NCBI RefSeq assembly: GCF_009834535.1
Contig: NC_045696.1
Span: 112,904,001-112,968,000, forward strand
Direction: 5' to 3'
DNA from: Camelus ferus
Lineage: Eukaryota
DNA length: 64,000 nt
The notes beneath the pieces are model-generated. The model was not told where the DNA came from and searched no databases. It saw nothing but the letters and a program-made list of their open reading frames with translations. Below, piece by piece: positions 50,726-64,000 of this stretch. Position 1 is the first letter of the stretch. Each line of letters opens with the position of its first letter. The position numbers and the translations under genes are program-made.

Positions 50726-51570
50726 GTCACTGAACTTTTTTTTTAACATAACGTTTGGTTTTGGAGCCTTACACATGTTGATAGTTCATTTTAAGCCTAT
50801 CTCATTATTATTTTAACGGTATCTGTTAAAAGCAAAGGTGGTTTATGCTCTGGCAGAGTTTGGCTTGGCTGATGAGTGTGTTGAGAGAACACTAACTAGT
50901 GCAACAAATAAACCTTCACATTTCAGTGGCTTAACACAACAGAAGTCGACTTTCCAAACTCCACAGCAGTTCAGTGTGAGCATTCGTTCTCCTCTGTGTG
51001 GTGATGAAGGGGTCCAGACATGCAGTTTACCACTTCCTGCCCAGGGACCTCTGAATCTGCTACCTGCAGTTGGAAAACAAGGGGAGAGAATGTAATTGTG
51101 GAATTTTCTAGGTTTCTAATTGGTGGCATGCGTGTTTTATTTAGGCCTCTTCAGATTGTCCCAGTGCACAACAGCCCCTTAAGTGAGGGTCTAGAGAGAC
51201 ATTTCATGATTTCTAGACACGTTCACACATTCTAGACTAAGGTGCCTGCCCTGTGAGTCCCTCTCCTGCATACCTGGAGCACGATGGGCTGGTTAAGAGA
51301 GCGGCCTTTGCCACAACTGCCCTGACCTGACCTTGAGCAAATTATTTGATCTTCTTCTGCCTTGGTTTCCACCTCTGAAAAATGGAGTGCATAACAATAC
51401 TGCTTCACAGAGCTCTTAGGCAAATTTTTTAAAAATATGTGAAGTATTTAGGACAATACCTGGAACAGCTATATTACACACGCCTGGCTGTCATCAGCCA
51501 GGCCAGGATGTCTACTTACTCTCCAATACGTCCTAGCCTCCTACCACAACAAAGAAACTAGTTCTTTCCC

Positions 51571-52562
51571 CTGGCCAGTTTCATGGGCATGCGATTTGTG
51601 TAGTCACACGGGGCCCCATGCTCAGGCCCTGGCACTTAGTTTAACACTCTTTTTACTCTCTTGAAACTGCTAGTCATTTTATCTTTGAACTTGTATTTTG
51701 TAAGTGAAGTCCGATGGGGCAATGGAACACGTGCATGAGCAGAGGAGATACATCCAATGCATGTGTCCACTGTGTTCTTCCCTTCTCCACTCACATCTGG
51801 CCTTCTCTGTGTCCCTTGAGCACAGAATTCTGATGGCCCCACCATGTATGAGAGGTCAGCAGAACTCAAATCAGGCACAAGGGAAGTGTGTTGTATTACC
51901 ACTAAGTGGGACCACCTCAAGAGGCCACACTTTCCACCCCAACCAGAAAAGGTAAAAACCAAGAAACCATATCATGTCCTTTCTCCCTCATTTTCCTTCT
52001 CTGTATTAGGTAGCCATTTACTCTGAACATGATGACATAGGAGGAGAGGGCCACCCGCAGGTCCTTTTCCTTTCAGTTCTTCCTTACTCAACAGTAAGTC
52101 AAAGACAGAGCGTAGGGAGAATCAGCACGTATCAAGAAGTAAGTAAAAGCACTGAGTTGCTTTTGTGCTGGGTTTCCACTGTTCTGGTAAGAATGAAACA
52201 CAACTGTATATGCAAACTACAAAGTATACATGCACTTAACTTGCTAGAAAACACAGATTGTGTAATTGTGTCGATTTTGCAATGGGTTAAATGCTCTCAT
52301 ATTTTCAGTTAAAACTAACACTGCATAATCTAAAGATGAACAGTAAAATGGATGCTAATAATTTAAAATGTTTCTTTTTCTTTACTTAGAATGATATTAA
52401 ATAGCAAATTTAAAAGATCATAACCATTCCAAAGAGAGAATATGGAAGAAAGGAGATAGCTTTATATTTTGCATCTTTAGTGGTACATTTCCCCCCCCTA
52501 CTTTTTGAATAAAGGACACTGCATTTTCATTTTTCATTTGGCCCTTTAATAATACAGCCAGT
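51571..52562. mobile_element. MER45-family hAT-Tip100 element
   Basis: Start GGCCAGTTTCATGGGCATGCGA...GGGCCCCATGCTCAG and end TGCATTTTCATTTT...GGCCC resemble recalled MER45 termini. Confidence 0.7.
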
Positions 52563-53251
52563 AGCATCTTCTCTATTCTCCAGCTTCTCCCTAGGTGCCT
52601 CCTGTAGAAGATCTTACCTGATGCCCCCATTCTTCCTGGGCTGTTGTGGCCTCCTCACCAGCAATTAGCCAGCAATTTATATTTATACATTTCTCATTGC
52701 ACCTTCACTCTTAGAGTTAATGTTGGACATGTCATATCCTCTAATAGACTGTCTTTCCTCTGAAGGGCAGGGACAGACTTGGCATTCTTATTTGGCTGGC
52801 CATGGACCAGAGTCACTGGGGCCCTCAGAGCCAAATAAATTCCAGGAACTAACAAAGGACAGATAGAGCCAGAAGCTCCAGGGCTGGGTCCTTCGGCTGC
52901 ACAGTTAGCTTGAGAAGTAGTTGTTGAATGAATGAAAGTATACCAGTGGTTCCAGTCCCTGGGGTGGTACCGCCCCCAGTTCCGACACTCCCTGGTAGAG
53001 CTGTAACTGAGCGGGACCCTGTGTCATCATTGGTGACCATCTGATCCCTGCAATGGTGCTTGTACCTGCCTAACTGTATCATGGTTGAAAGGGTTTGTCT
53101 CCTGCTCTTGCAGACCAGGGTTGGGCTGGCGAGGAGGGAGGCTTGAATGGTCTGCTCAACCCGTCGTGGTGCTCTGAACAGGGATCATGCTCAGTGCCTT
53201 GCTCTTGACCCCAGTGCCCTCCTCTTGACCTCTTGTGGTTTCCTTGCATCC

Positions 53252-53747
53252 TGTTGTTCCAGCTGCAGGCCTCAGCCTGAAGCAGGAGGACCCAGGCCTC
53301 AGCCTAATTAAAGGGCTAAAAGCATTTATCAGCCTGACTTTAAACTGCACAAGTTTTTCTCTAGAGCTCTTTTGCACGGAGCCCCTTCCTATGCACCCTT
53401 TGTTCTAGGTACAAGAATATTAAGAGAGTCCCAAAGCCGGAGGTGAACTTCATACCCAACAGAGGGAAGGGGACCACTGTATCTGCAAAAACAAGAACAA
53501 TTTTGCAACAATTTGTTATCCTGTATGTGACTTCTATGGAAATTAGCTCCTCCCCTTGAACTCTTGAACTTTTACTATAAAACCCGCTGCCTTCTATCCC
53601 CAGCAGGCTCACAGTCTTAGAGGCAGTAGCCCACTGGGACCGCCTTTGCCTGGCAAAGAAATAAAGCTGCTTTTTCTACGCCTTCCAAAACTCTGTCCTC
53701 AAGTCTCAGCTGGATAAGTGGGATATCGAGGCCATGTTTTGGCAACA
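53252..53747 (+). mobile_element. Solo ERV LTR ~3 kb upstream of the TATA promoter
   Basis: Inverted termini TGTTG...CAACA, TATAAAA ~53576, AATAAA ~53660; no clean TSD. Confidence 0.75.
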
Positions 53748-55001
53748 GAATCTGGTCCATCTTTAATGAACTGGTTTAAGAGCAACTTCATTTGGTAAAA
53801 TCTCCCAATTTTTTCCCCTCCCTTCATATCTACACCTCTAACTCCCTGAATTCAAGTTCCTTAGTATATAGTAATTATCTTCAACATTAATAAAATTCTA
53901 AATGAATTTTACTTCTCTAATTAGACTCATAACACTAACGCCACAGCAGAGGGAAGACGAGGACAAGGCTAATAAGGCATTTGCCTTGAGTGCCGAATTT
54001 TAGAGAACACCAAAAGACTCGCTAATTGAGAAATTATAATGTAATGCCATATTTTCAAGATCAAAATGAATGCAACAATGATCCATGATGAACAATGTGT
54101 CAAAACTTTAAGTAAATAGCAGCTTGGACCCTGGACTTGCACCGCCAGCCTCATTGGCTTCAGTGTAACCCCAGCCCTGTGGGAGCCTCTGCTTTATTTA
54201 TCTTCTTACCCCAGAACTGATGAATAAATGAGTATATGAATGAATTGCTTCCTTGAACCGCTTGAAACCTGTAGACCCTGCTAATGACAATGGCTATGGT
54301 GAAATGTGACCATGGGTCATGAAAACAGCTTTGGTGTGGCCTCTCAGATCAGCGAGGTCGGAACACGGGGCCATACGCTCTAAAACTTGAATATTATTTT
54401 CTGCCTTCAATCAGTTTTCCTCCATTGTGTAAAATTAGAAAAGTAAGTGGTGCGTTCTGTTGGTAACCCTTCTCCACCATCATGCAGCCTGTAAGACTGC
54501 CCTCAGAGGGCCGATTCAAACACAGTCCTAGTAGTTCATGTTGTTTCAATAACGCTGCATTACAATTGCCCTCCCTTATTGTTATACAATATTGTTTCAT
54601 GAACTGTTTGAATAATGCCATGTTGTTTATTTATCTTCAATCTACTCTCTATTTCAGATTTTTCCAGGCAAAATGAGATCAGAAAAACAAAGCCACTTGA
54701 ACAAAGGGAAGCAACAGTTTTTGCTATACTTCATTCTCTGTATGATGTTTCCTACTTAAGAAGGAATTTAGGTCCAACTTAATCTCAGGAACAGAAAAAA
54801 CTGAGGAGTTCCAGCGGATTGAGGCCTTTCGTCCACCTTGGTGAAGGAAGACTGGCATCACTGCCCCCGCCCACATCCATCTCCCCTCCTTACAAAGTTG
54901 TTTTAAGTGGCTCCATGGCCCCTGAGATGACCGGCTGTCCACTGTGGTGACCCGTCTGGGCAGGCTTTTCCCTCAGTGGCCAGCTTTTCACCCACAGCGA
55001 G

Positions 55002-55016
55002 CCACCAGGGGGCCGC
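55002..55016 (+). promoter_or_regulatory. Candidate CTCF site
   Basis: CCACCAGGGGGCCGC is close to the CTCF core CCAC/GCAGGGGGCGC. Confidence 0.5.
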
Positions 55017-55999
55017 CTGTTTAGAACAAACGGTGCAGACTCCACAGCTTTCCTCCGGAGCAACCAAAACATCCCGGGCAGCTTTGGAGCCAAGCCCAGG
55101 AACTTCCCTGCAAAAGGAGAACAACTTCGCTCCAGCTACAAAACCTGCAAGTCCTCGGGTGCAGCCTGTGTGTGAGTGAAGAAGAAAGCACGGATTTACG
55201 GCCAAGGACTGAGGGGAAATAGGTTTGGTGGAGTCTGAAAGGAAAGGTCCCTCCCTCTCGCCCGGGAGGCTTGGGGTCTGCGACTTCCCCTCTGGACGTG
55301 CGCTGAAATACGGCACCCAGACTCAGGGCAGTTTCTGGATTCTTAACAATTGTGGTCCTTAATGCTGTCAGTAGGCTTCTGGTCCCTTTCCCTTGGACTC
55401 TCAGAAAAGCGGGAATAAAACACGTCACCGGCTGGAAATCTAGAAAACTCCCCAATAAATCATTTATTCATTGTTCAGACAGTTAAGGCTAAAAGCCCTA
55501 GCTCTATCAAAACTCTTTGTTATACTAAATAAATGTGTATATTGAATAATGAAGTCGGAATTATTTTAATATTATCTTTAAGAGAATCATTGTACTCCGT
55601 CGTCAAAATAGTTTGCTTAGAACTATAGCTTCGTGCGGACTACATTTTAGTTTTCTGGGTACCCAGTATTTTCACACGCATGCTTCTAGCCCAGAACGCG
55701 ACAGCCTGCTTCCTTTTCTCCAGCCTGAACCCTTGGCATTCAGGACTGGAGCGGGGGTGGGGCGGTGGGAGAGGGATTTTAGAAGTTCATGTTTGCCTGG
55801 GGCAGAACTTCTCAGGAGTATAAATTATTTTTGTCTTCCGGGTTTTTGCTGTACAAATCCAGGGCAGAGACAAATTAATAGGGCGGCCCTTCTGCAACCT
55901 GTGGAGGGTCTCCACCCTGCGCACACCTCCCAGGATGTGCAGGGTGGTGTGGTGGTGTATTTCCCTTCAGCCTACGCCAGGTATTTTCCAAATTTCCAT

Positions 56000-57930
56000 T
56001 CCAGGGGGTGGGGGGTGGGGTGGCGATAGTTGGCAACGCCGGACAACCGGCGGGTGCGAGGCCCCAAGAGGAGCCAGAGTGCCGCGTCGGCCCGACACGC
56101 GCCACAAGTGCTTCGGAGAAGGAGGGAGGAGAGCGGCGGCGCGGGCGAAGAGAAGCCCGTGCTTCTGGAAGTCACCTCCCCAGCCCCCTGTCCCTCGTCC
56201 CCCATTCCTCCCTCTTTGCCTACTAGAGGAATGACGCCCGCGCCCGAACCTCCGTGCGCACACAGCCGGGTGGGTGGACGCGCGGCCACCAAAACCGCCG
56301 CGACACCTCCACTCCCTGGGTGGAGGGCACAGCTGGGACGGGGACGAGGGGGAGCTCCCGCACCTGGGGCGGCAGGTGCGGAGGCGGCGAGCTGGCCGGC
56401 GCGGGGGGGAGGTGGGGCGCGCGGGGTAGGGGGCGCGGGCTCGCAGCCGCGGGCGCGTCCGAGCGCCGGGTGGGAGCCGGGCTGGGGCGTTGGGGCCGGC
56501 GGGCGGCCGGGGCAGCAGCGGCCGGGCGCGCGGCCGGGAGGCCATTTCCTCACGGCGCCCCTGGCGGAGCCCGGCTGGCCTGCTCCTGGCCGCCGCCGCG
56601 CGAGTCGGACCGCCTGGCGGGCCGAAGGGGAAACCAGGTCACCGGCTGGCAGACGCGCCGCGGCGCGGGCGCCGGGGCCGGGGGAAGGCAGCGCCCGGGA
56701 GCGGGCCGGGGCGGGCCGGGCCGGGCGCGCGGGCCCGAGAGGCGGGGACTCGGGTGCCCGGGCCGCGCTCGCTTCCTGCGCCTATAAAAGTGCAGCGGCC
56801 CCGGCGGGCCGGTGCGGCCCTGGCTGCGGCCGCCTCTCTTCGCCCGGGGAGTTGACATTTTGCAGGACTCGCGCGACGTCCCGTCGCCGGCGCTCCCCTG
56901 GACCCCGCCGCCGGGAGGAGGGGGCGGAGGAGGGTGGAGACTGCGGGGCTTGGCCAAGGAAGGCGCACATCCTCGGGCGGGCGGCCGTGACGCGGCGGGG
57001 ATTAACTTTGCATGAATAATGTGAGTGCGCTGGCGAAGGAGACCTTCTGCTCCCGGGCTCGGGCAGCGCCCGCAGGCTGCCTTCCCCGGGCAGGGGCGCC
57101 CGACCCGGCCGGCTCGAGGGCACCGGTAATTTGGCGAAGGACGGCGCGGAGGCGGGGGTGCGGGGGGAGGGGGCGAGAGTCCCCGGAGTCCAGAGGGTGG
57201 GCGGGAGGGCGACAGGATGTCGCGGGAACCCCGAGGGGTGCGAGCGGCGACGCCGGGCGGGCGCGCGCGCGGGCGGGCGGGCGAGCGTGGGTGGGTGGCT
57301 GGGTGGGTGGGGTGTCAGCCGCCAGAGTACCTGCCTCCCGGGGCTCGCGCCCCAGCTCTGAGAGGAGGTGCCCTCCTCTCCGCTCGGACACCGCTCGGGG
57401 AGCCACGGCGTGGGCAGCGGTAGAGCCGGGTGGCTGGGGCGGCCGTGTGCCTCAAACCCAGAGCCAGGCTATTGACAGCCTCCTTGTGAAATGGAGTTTG
57501 GCATCCTCAGCGCCGAACCGAGTGGAAGTTTCCATGATGAGGAAGTTCTGTGACACGAGGGTTCGGAAAAGGTTGGCAGGCACTGGGGCTGGGGCGGGTG
57601 GGGGGAGGCGGTTTAAAGGGACTGTGGGCCCCTCATCCCCCTGTTCTCCTGCCCCGGAACTCCGCGCTGGGAGAGGAGAATAATCCTGCGTGTTGCGTGC
57701 GCCGTCGCCAGTGCCTGGCGACTCGGCTTCTCCCCGCCTCCTCGGGGCATCGGTGGCGGTTTCGCTCGCCTCCGGGTCGCGCTTCTTGCTTCGCTTCTCT
57801 TGACGCAGCATCTTCCCCTGGGCCGACTCGAGTTGGTTCTGATCGCAGGAGTTGTGCCAGCTGTGCGCTCCGCATCTCACCCCCGCCACCCCTCGGAGCA
57901 GGACTCACTGAGGGGAGTTTTTGCTCCCGG
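56000..57930 (+). promoter_or_regulatory. CpG island 2 with TATA-box promoter
   Basis: Very high GC/CpG, multiple GC boxes, ETS-like CTTCCTG at 56772-56778, TATAAAA at 56783-56789. Confidence 0.9.
56813..57020 (+). other. Probable first exon of an unidentified gene, ending ATG AAT AAT
   Basis: TSS inferred ~30 bp after the TATA box; splice donor AAT|GTGAGT at 57020/57021; G-rich sequence follows as expected for a first intron. Confidence 0.65.
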
Positions 57931-59499
57931 TGGATTTGGTCCTTCTCAGCTGCAGTTGTCATTTTGCAGGAGGATTTCCCAGTGACCATTGTAGGTCGTT
58001 ATTAGTGCTGACTCTTAAGCCTTCTGATCTGTTTTAATGGGAGTGGGTGAGGTTTTTTTTAATTTATTGAAAGTTAAATGTACAATTTTCCCCAAATTGG
58101 AAATTTTAAAGGAAGGGTCTCGAAGCATAACAATTCGTAAAGCAAGTCAAAGAAAAAGAGTTTACCTGAACAGAGGAGCTCAGACTCTCCACCCTCCCCC
58201 TCTCAGCACACATTTAGAATTTGTGATGATTCGAACAGTAAGTTTAATCAGTAAATAAATGAAACGAAGTCTTTCTCTTAGCGTGTTACTGGTGCTAGTC
58301 AGTTTTAAAGACCTGTTATAAGGTTCAAAAAATTAAGCATTCCTTGGACAGTGTTATTAATAACAGAAAACAGCAACTTCTAATACTGATAAACGTAGAC
58401 CTTTGGGGCAACATCTTTATATTATTTGGCCTTCTTTTAGTTTACTATGCTTATTTACATTGCAATAATATATAGCACGCAATAGATTACAAGGTAATAT
58501 AAATTACATTCTAGTCAAAATATCCCATGATTCATTCTGAATATTCATGGTGACTACTCTGCCTTCTCATTGACTTCTGTTAAACTCTCTTATTCTGAAA
58601 CAAGATAGGGGCTAGGAAACCTTAAAGAAAAAAGTGTTTTGATGAAAGTTATTTTGATCAAGGGGTGTTTTCAGGAGTTTTCATGCCAGTTGGCTAAGTG
58701 TTTTAATTGACTCTAACAGAAATTCAATACTAAGTGATTTGTCTGGAGTATGAGAGGAGAAGGCATTGGTGAACAGCCACTTAATATTTGTGCACGTTAA
58801 ACAGATACTATGAGAATCTCGTTTTTAAAGAATTTCGAAGTTTTCTTATATATTGGAAGTGGTATCATCAGCTAGTACATATGATTTGCCTTTCTCTCTC
58901 AGCAAGTGCAAGTAAATGATACTGAATATAGCCACAGACTATTTCTTTAATGAAGCAATTCCTGTTGGCATTACAATGCAAAGGCATAATTTTATCGACA
59001 TCGACATATTGTTTTATAACTGACTTTGAAAGAGAAATAAATGTTCCATTTCCCCCCCTTTAAATGCTGTGTAGCAAATTCTACTATTGAGAAGAATTAA
59101 GACAACTTCCTTTTAATGTACCATCTTTGGGGGAAGGCAGTTTCTTAAAATTTTCTTAATAGCAGAGAAAATTGTGGGTCCCTTTCCTTGTCTGGGATTT
59201 TTGCAGTTGTTTGAAGCTTGGGGTATGTGGAACCAGAAATGGGATTGCACATTTCTTTTTTTAGTAAGCTTATCTTTTTGGTGGAAATCAGAGTAAAAGT
59301 GATTGATTTCTTGAGCTCCTTTTTGTCATTTTATTGTAAGATTATGTGTTACCTTTTAAAAAGCGCTTCCCTGACCTTTTGAGCAAAGGCAGTCTCTCAT
59401 TCCCTCTCAGAACCATCACATTGTTTTCCATTTCCTTGTTTCCCCCTTCCTTGATCTTACTTGCAATCTGAATTGTTCATTTCAATTGATGGCTTCTTA

Positions 59500-59640
59500 A
59501 GTACCTGTCTCCCCTGTCTAGGATACAGAGCCCGTGAGAAAGAGTCTTGACTGCCTTGTTCACTCTTGATTGTCTAGCATCCTGAACAGTGCTTGGCACA
59601 CAGTAGGTGCTGGATAAATATTTGTTGAATAAATGAATAG
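59500..59640 (+). mobile_element. L2 3' end
   Basis: AACAGTGCTTGGCACACAGTAGGTGCTGGATAAATATTTGTTGAATAAATGAAT; other L2 pieces at ~3590-3960, 28825-28950, 44150-44330. Confidence 0.8.
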
Positions 59641-62517
59641 TTGTGCCCGAACATTGTGTTTCCAAAAATACCTGACTATACAACTAAGTGGGTACCCACT
59701 GGGATTGCCAAGATCTGCGCCTGTGTGTAGGTGTGTGTGTGCCATGTATATATGGTTCACTTGTTATCTCTCTCTCCTTTTTTTTTTTTTTTTTTTAACA
59801 TGAAAGCTAGTCCCATTTTATGTAGTGACAGTGCAGAGTTATTCTGCAACTTCTTCCTGGGGACATTTGCCTTGAGTACATGGAAAGCCTCAGCAACTGT
59901 TTGTCTTACGTGTTACCTTGATTTACCTTGAATCCCTAAAGACATTGACCTTCAACTCTCTGGGTTTCAGCAGAATCTTTGTGAGTTCCAGAGGCATTGT
60001 CAGTGCTGAGAGTGAAATTCCAGGCAACAGACATCACTGGATGACAGCAATGCCTTCTCACTCAGCAGGTTCTGGCAGTGCCTCTGGCCTTGGCAGCCCT
60101 GAGGGGACCAAGGGCGTGGGGTAGTATAGCTGGTCAACAGAAGTGGCCGTTGGGGAAGGAGCAAGATGAAACTGTGGGGACCCGATGCAAGATAGAAATA
60201 TCCCTTGGTAGTAGCTTAGGAAATAAGCTGGTGGTTACCCCATGTGTAACTTAAGTCATTCAACCACTCCCCTTTTCCCTTCCTGCACATTTATAAACAG
60301 ATTCTGAACCAGAGGCTTGTGGGAAATACTGCACTGTCTGAGTTTTCAAGCGACCAGGGTGAGAATACACCAGGGGTCATATTCAAATTAGCTATTCATG
60401 GAATTGCTTTTGGCAATTGAGATGAAAAGGAAATTACAATTGATGATTGTGGTAATTTGGTTTTGTTTAGAGAGTATTGACTTCCAGAAATGTGTCTCAG
60501 TTAAATGCATAGGAAAAATCACACAAAATGATGAGACTGGTAAAAATGGGAAAGGAAGAAAGACTAAAATCTTATGGAGGAGTAAAGATAATTTAACTGA
60601 AATCATAAGTGCTTATTGCTTTTCAGGATCTAATTTAGCTCTGAGCTTCTCAGTAGCCAAGTTAACAGAAAAAAAGGGGGACTGGAGGTGGCAGGTGTGC
60701 ATTGAAGTTGTAGGATAAATCAGGTAACATTTGTAGAGAGCTTGCAATGGTGCCTGGCAACTAGTATAAACTCCTATGAAATGTCAAATCATATAATGGC
60801 CAATACTTGAACTTCATTTCTACAGAAAACGAAGTAAAGTTCTTTATATGGTCAAGTGTTATCAAACCTTGAGGAAGAAAAAGGCAGAAGGCATAATAAT
60901 GGAAAGTCACCCAGTGGGACTTTACCTTTAGGGCCTGAGCTACCACGGCCCAGCGGTGGAGATTCTGGACGCTGTCCCCAGGGCAGAAATAGAGCTCAGC
61001 AAACCTAGAGGAATGAATGGTTAACATGTTCTGTAGGCTGACTTTCTCAAATATCCAGTGTCTCAGCCAAGCTTTGAACTGGAGCAGTTGGAGAGGACCG
61101 AGGACAGCCAGGTACTTGAAAATGACCTCATGGCCTTCAGCCTCTCTGAACCGGTGGCCTCAATGCTTTGTGCTTTAGTCTGTGTAGTGATCACCCTGCA
61201 GGGCAGTTTGTTTGTCTGTTTTGGTTTCGTTTCTGTCTTCCCCTCTAAACCGTGATGATGGGCCGTGGCTTTGTTCATCCTGGACTCCTAGCACCTAGCA
61301 AAGACCTTGACACCTGGGCACAGGGGAGTGCTCCTTGGAAGAGTGAATGGGAGGAGGAGAAGGGAGGTGCATCTCTTTCTTTTCTGATACTGCATTAAGT
61401 GTCATCTTCTGACTTAGTTTTGCCCACAGTAAATGTTTGCTTCCTGGATTACATGTACACAACACGGCTGAACATTTTGCCAGAAGGGCTTGTTCTAGTG
61501 TGCGAGCTAGTTAAGCAATAGATGGCAGGTTAACTCCGTGCTGGATTTCAAGTCATTTTGATCCCTTGATTTGATTCCTCCTTCAGTCTACAAAAATGTG
61601 TGTACGTACTCTGTGCTGGCCTTGCTAGTTGTTTTGCATCTCAGCATGTAGCCTAGTGACCTCTGAGACAATATGCCTTTATTAATGCAAAAGGATTCTG
61701 AAATAGTCTGCACGGTGATGGAATGGCCGTGCCTCCTGGGGCCCCCCATGTTGCCCCCTAGATGACACAAAGTTCTTTTGATCTGAGGAGGTGATTGTTC
61801 TGTGCTGCTTGTCGCCCACGTGTATCAGTGTAAATCGCAGTAGGATTCACCCAGGATTCTCTTGGGACCTGCATGCTGCGGGGTTGAATATGTGTAGGCC
61901 GGTGAGTCTCTGATGAAGGATATTCGCTCTCCGCCTTAAGTTCCCAACGTGTTAGTCAATGGTGGCATTTAAGCAAGTGGGGAGGACGGAGAATATCCAA
62001 ATCACTGAGTCACGAGTCATAGATTTCCATATTCTCCTCTCGGGAACCGGGCCAGCTGACCGCTAGACTAGCGATCCATGTTTAACGCTGCTACCGTGTG
62101 GTCCTTACTGTCCTAATTTCAAGGGACTTGGGAGACTTTATGTACTGGCAGCTCTCCTTGGGCAGCACTATTTTTACTGAGTGAGAAACTGAGCTCTGCT
62201 GTGAACTTAAGTATCTTTTCCAAAATGGCAAGTCAGGAGAGCCTGGAATTAGGACCCAGGGACCTGGCTTCTGTTCCAGAAAGCGTGTTGTAGCCTTTCC
62301 ATCATGACAATCAGACACTCTAACATAAACATACACACGTATATATACAATATACATAATATTATATATTATATATACATAATATATAATAATGTGTGTA
62401 TGTATGAAATGTGTATATAACAGTATAATAATATGTATAATAGCATAGATGTGTATGCACGTGTGTGTGTGTTGAGAGTAGATTGTAGATTGGGCACATG
62501 TAACAATTAGAGCAAAT

Positions 62518-62630
62518 ATTTTATTTTTAGTAGGGGAGGTAACTAAGTCTATTTATTTATTTTTAGAGGAAGTACAGGGGATTGAGTGCAGGACCTCGTG
62601 TACGCTAAGTATGCACTCTACCCTGCCCCC
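62518..62630 (-). mobile_element. Vic-1-like SINE with internal deletion
   Basis: Homologous to 36559-36720; flanking AACAATTAG repeats at 62502-62510 and 62631-62639. Confidence 0.75.
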
Positions 62631-64000
62631 AACAATTAGGAAAGGATTAATCTGAACTAAGTAACTCATTCAACTTCCAAATTAAAAAAAAAAAAAAAGA
62701 GCTTTTAAGGACCATGGCTTCTCTTCTGTGACAAGAGTTTAGGGGTTTATTTGGGAAGTCATGAGTAATAAGCTGATGAAAGCAAAAGCTTGGACAGAGG
62801 AGCGCTGACTGACAGTGGGTGTGTCTCCTTCAACTGGGGAAATAGGGTCGTGTGACTGGAGGTTCAGCAATGTTTACGATGAGGAAGGTGGAGGAGAGAG
62901 CCGTGGTTTTCGTGGCATGGTGTACGATCACGGCATTGAGGGGGCCTCTGAGGGTTCTGACTCTGTGACACAGGTTGGTCAGTGGTTCTCAAGATGATTC
63001 AGACATAATTTTCCCTCTTCTGATTCTCTCAAGACTGTTTCTCCAGATGTCAGCAACGGTTTGTACAGAGTAGGTGCTCAAAAAATCATGGTTGGTGTGA
63101 GCGATCATGACATTCCTGGGTTTGGGTCCACTTTTTCTTATTCCCCTCCCATGTGAATAAATGTCTCCTTAACTTGCATGTCCACACACGCAGAGCCTGC
63201 CTCTGTGACAAGTGTGTGTCATGTTCTCACATACAGGGGAGAAGGCACTGCTTGTCTCTGGCTTCAGCTGTGGTTCCCATGGTGAGAAATGCCACAGCCA
63301 CGCCGATGTCCCAAGCTGCAAGTCCTGTCATCACTTTCAGTCCTTCTCCATAGTCCTGAGTGTTTTGGCAGGTCCTCATCTTATTTTAGTTTTTACTTAT
63401 GCTACTGTATGGGAAATCCTGAGTTTAACAACTTAATGCCAGCATCTTCAGAGCCTACTTTTATGCTTCTGTGTGCTATGAATCTCCAAGTAGGAGGGCA
63501 GTTTCCAAAACTTACTTGATCATCATATTCTTTGGTTGTTGTGTGTGTGTCTAAAACCACAAATGGCTACTGTTCAGTGCAAAAGGTTGTGAGGAATAGT
63601 TCATACCATTCCACTTTAAAAAAATCTATCTTCCATAGGCAATCTTTCAGCTGTTTGGATTCATGCTACCATTGCTGAAGTGTGCAATGATGTAAAAAAA
63701 TCACACTAAATTGCCATTACCTTAAAAATGTTACAATCATAAAATACACCTTTTCTTGACTTCACTTCTGATATTTAGGTATATTAATTTGCATACACCA
63801 GAGAATGGTTTATTTCTGTCATATACATTTTTGTTTCCTTTTTTCAGTTTCACTTAAGCTTCGTTGTAATTTCTACTCCACTGCCAGCATCTGGAAGTCT
63901 AGAATATGTTTGTATCTGAGTTGTAGTTACAACAGAAGAAAGCATAAGCTTGTATATTCTTGTATTATTTGTCTTTATTATTATTTATTTTTTTTTTAAA

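Noticed and set aside
56813..57020. Assigning a gene symbol to the TATA/CpG promoter
   Set aside because: Only a putative 5' UTR and three codons are visible; I do not recognise it reliably
55967..58005. Many overlapping ORFs (up to 329 aa) in CpG island 2
   Set aside because: Same GC artefact; they span the TATA box and splice donor and show no recognisable domain

Overview
Mammalian (non-prokaryotic) genomic DNA, most likely camelid, based on two Vic-1-type tRNA-derived SINEs and recurrent short L1 3' ends. The window is mostly interspersed repeats: L1, L2, MIR, MaLR, hAT and Tigger MITEs, several ERV1-class LTRs, and two degenerate ERV remnants (~11.9-17.6 kb on +, ~39.7-42.8 kb on -, the latter with recognisable integrase and env fragments). 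There are two CpG islands. One at ~21.8-23.3 kb cannot be assigned to a gene. The other at ~56.0-57.9 kb has a TATA box and a probable + strand first exon ending ATGAATAAT|GTGAGT, so the rest of the window is probably intron 1 of a gene I cannot name. I can support no complete intact protein-coding gene, and the long GC-rich ORFs in the track look like CpG-island artefacts. The most notable details are a tailless retroposed 5' half of tRNA-Gly(TCC) with target-site duplication, four tandem hairpins with a shared loop in an ERV leader, a ~95-bp direct repeat bracketing the pol-end/env region of the second ERV, and several nested insertions with readable TSDs. I see no convincing new multi-gene system. 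Repeat subfamily names are from recalled consensus sequences and need RepeatMasker/Dfam confirmation.
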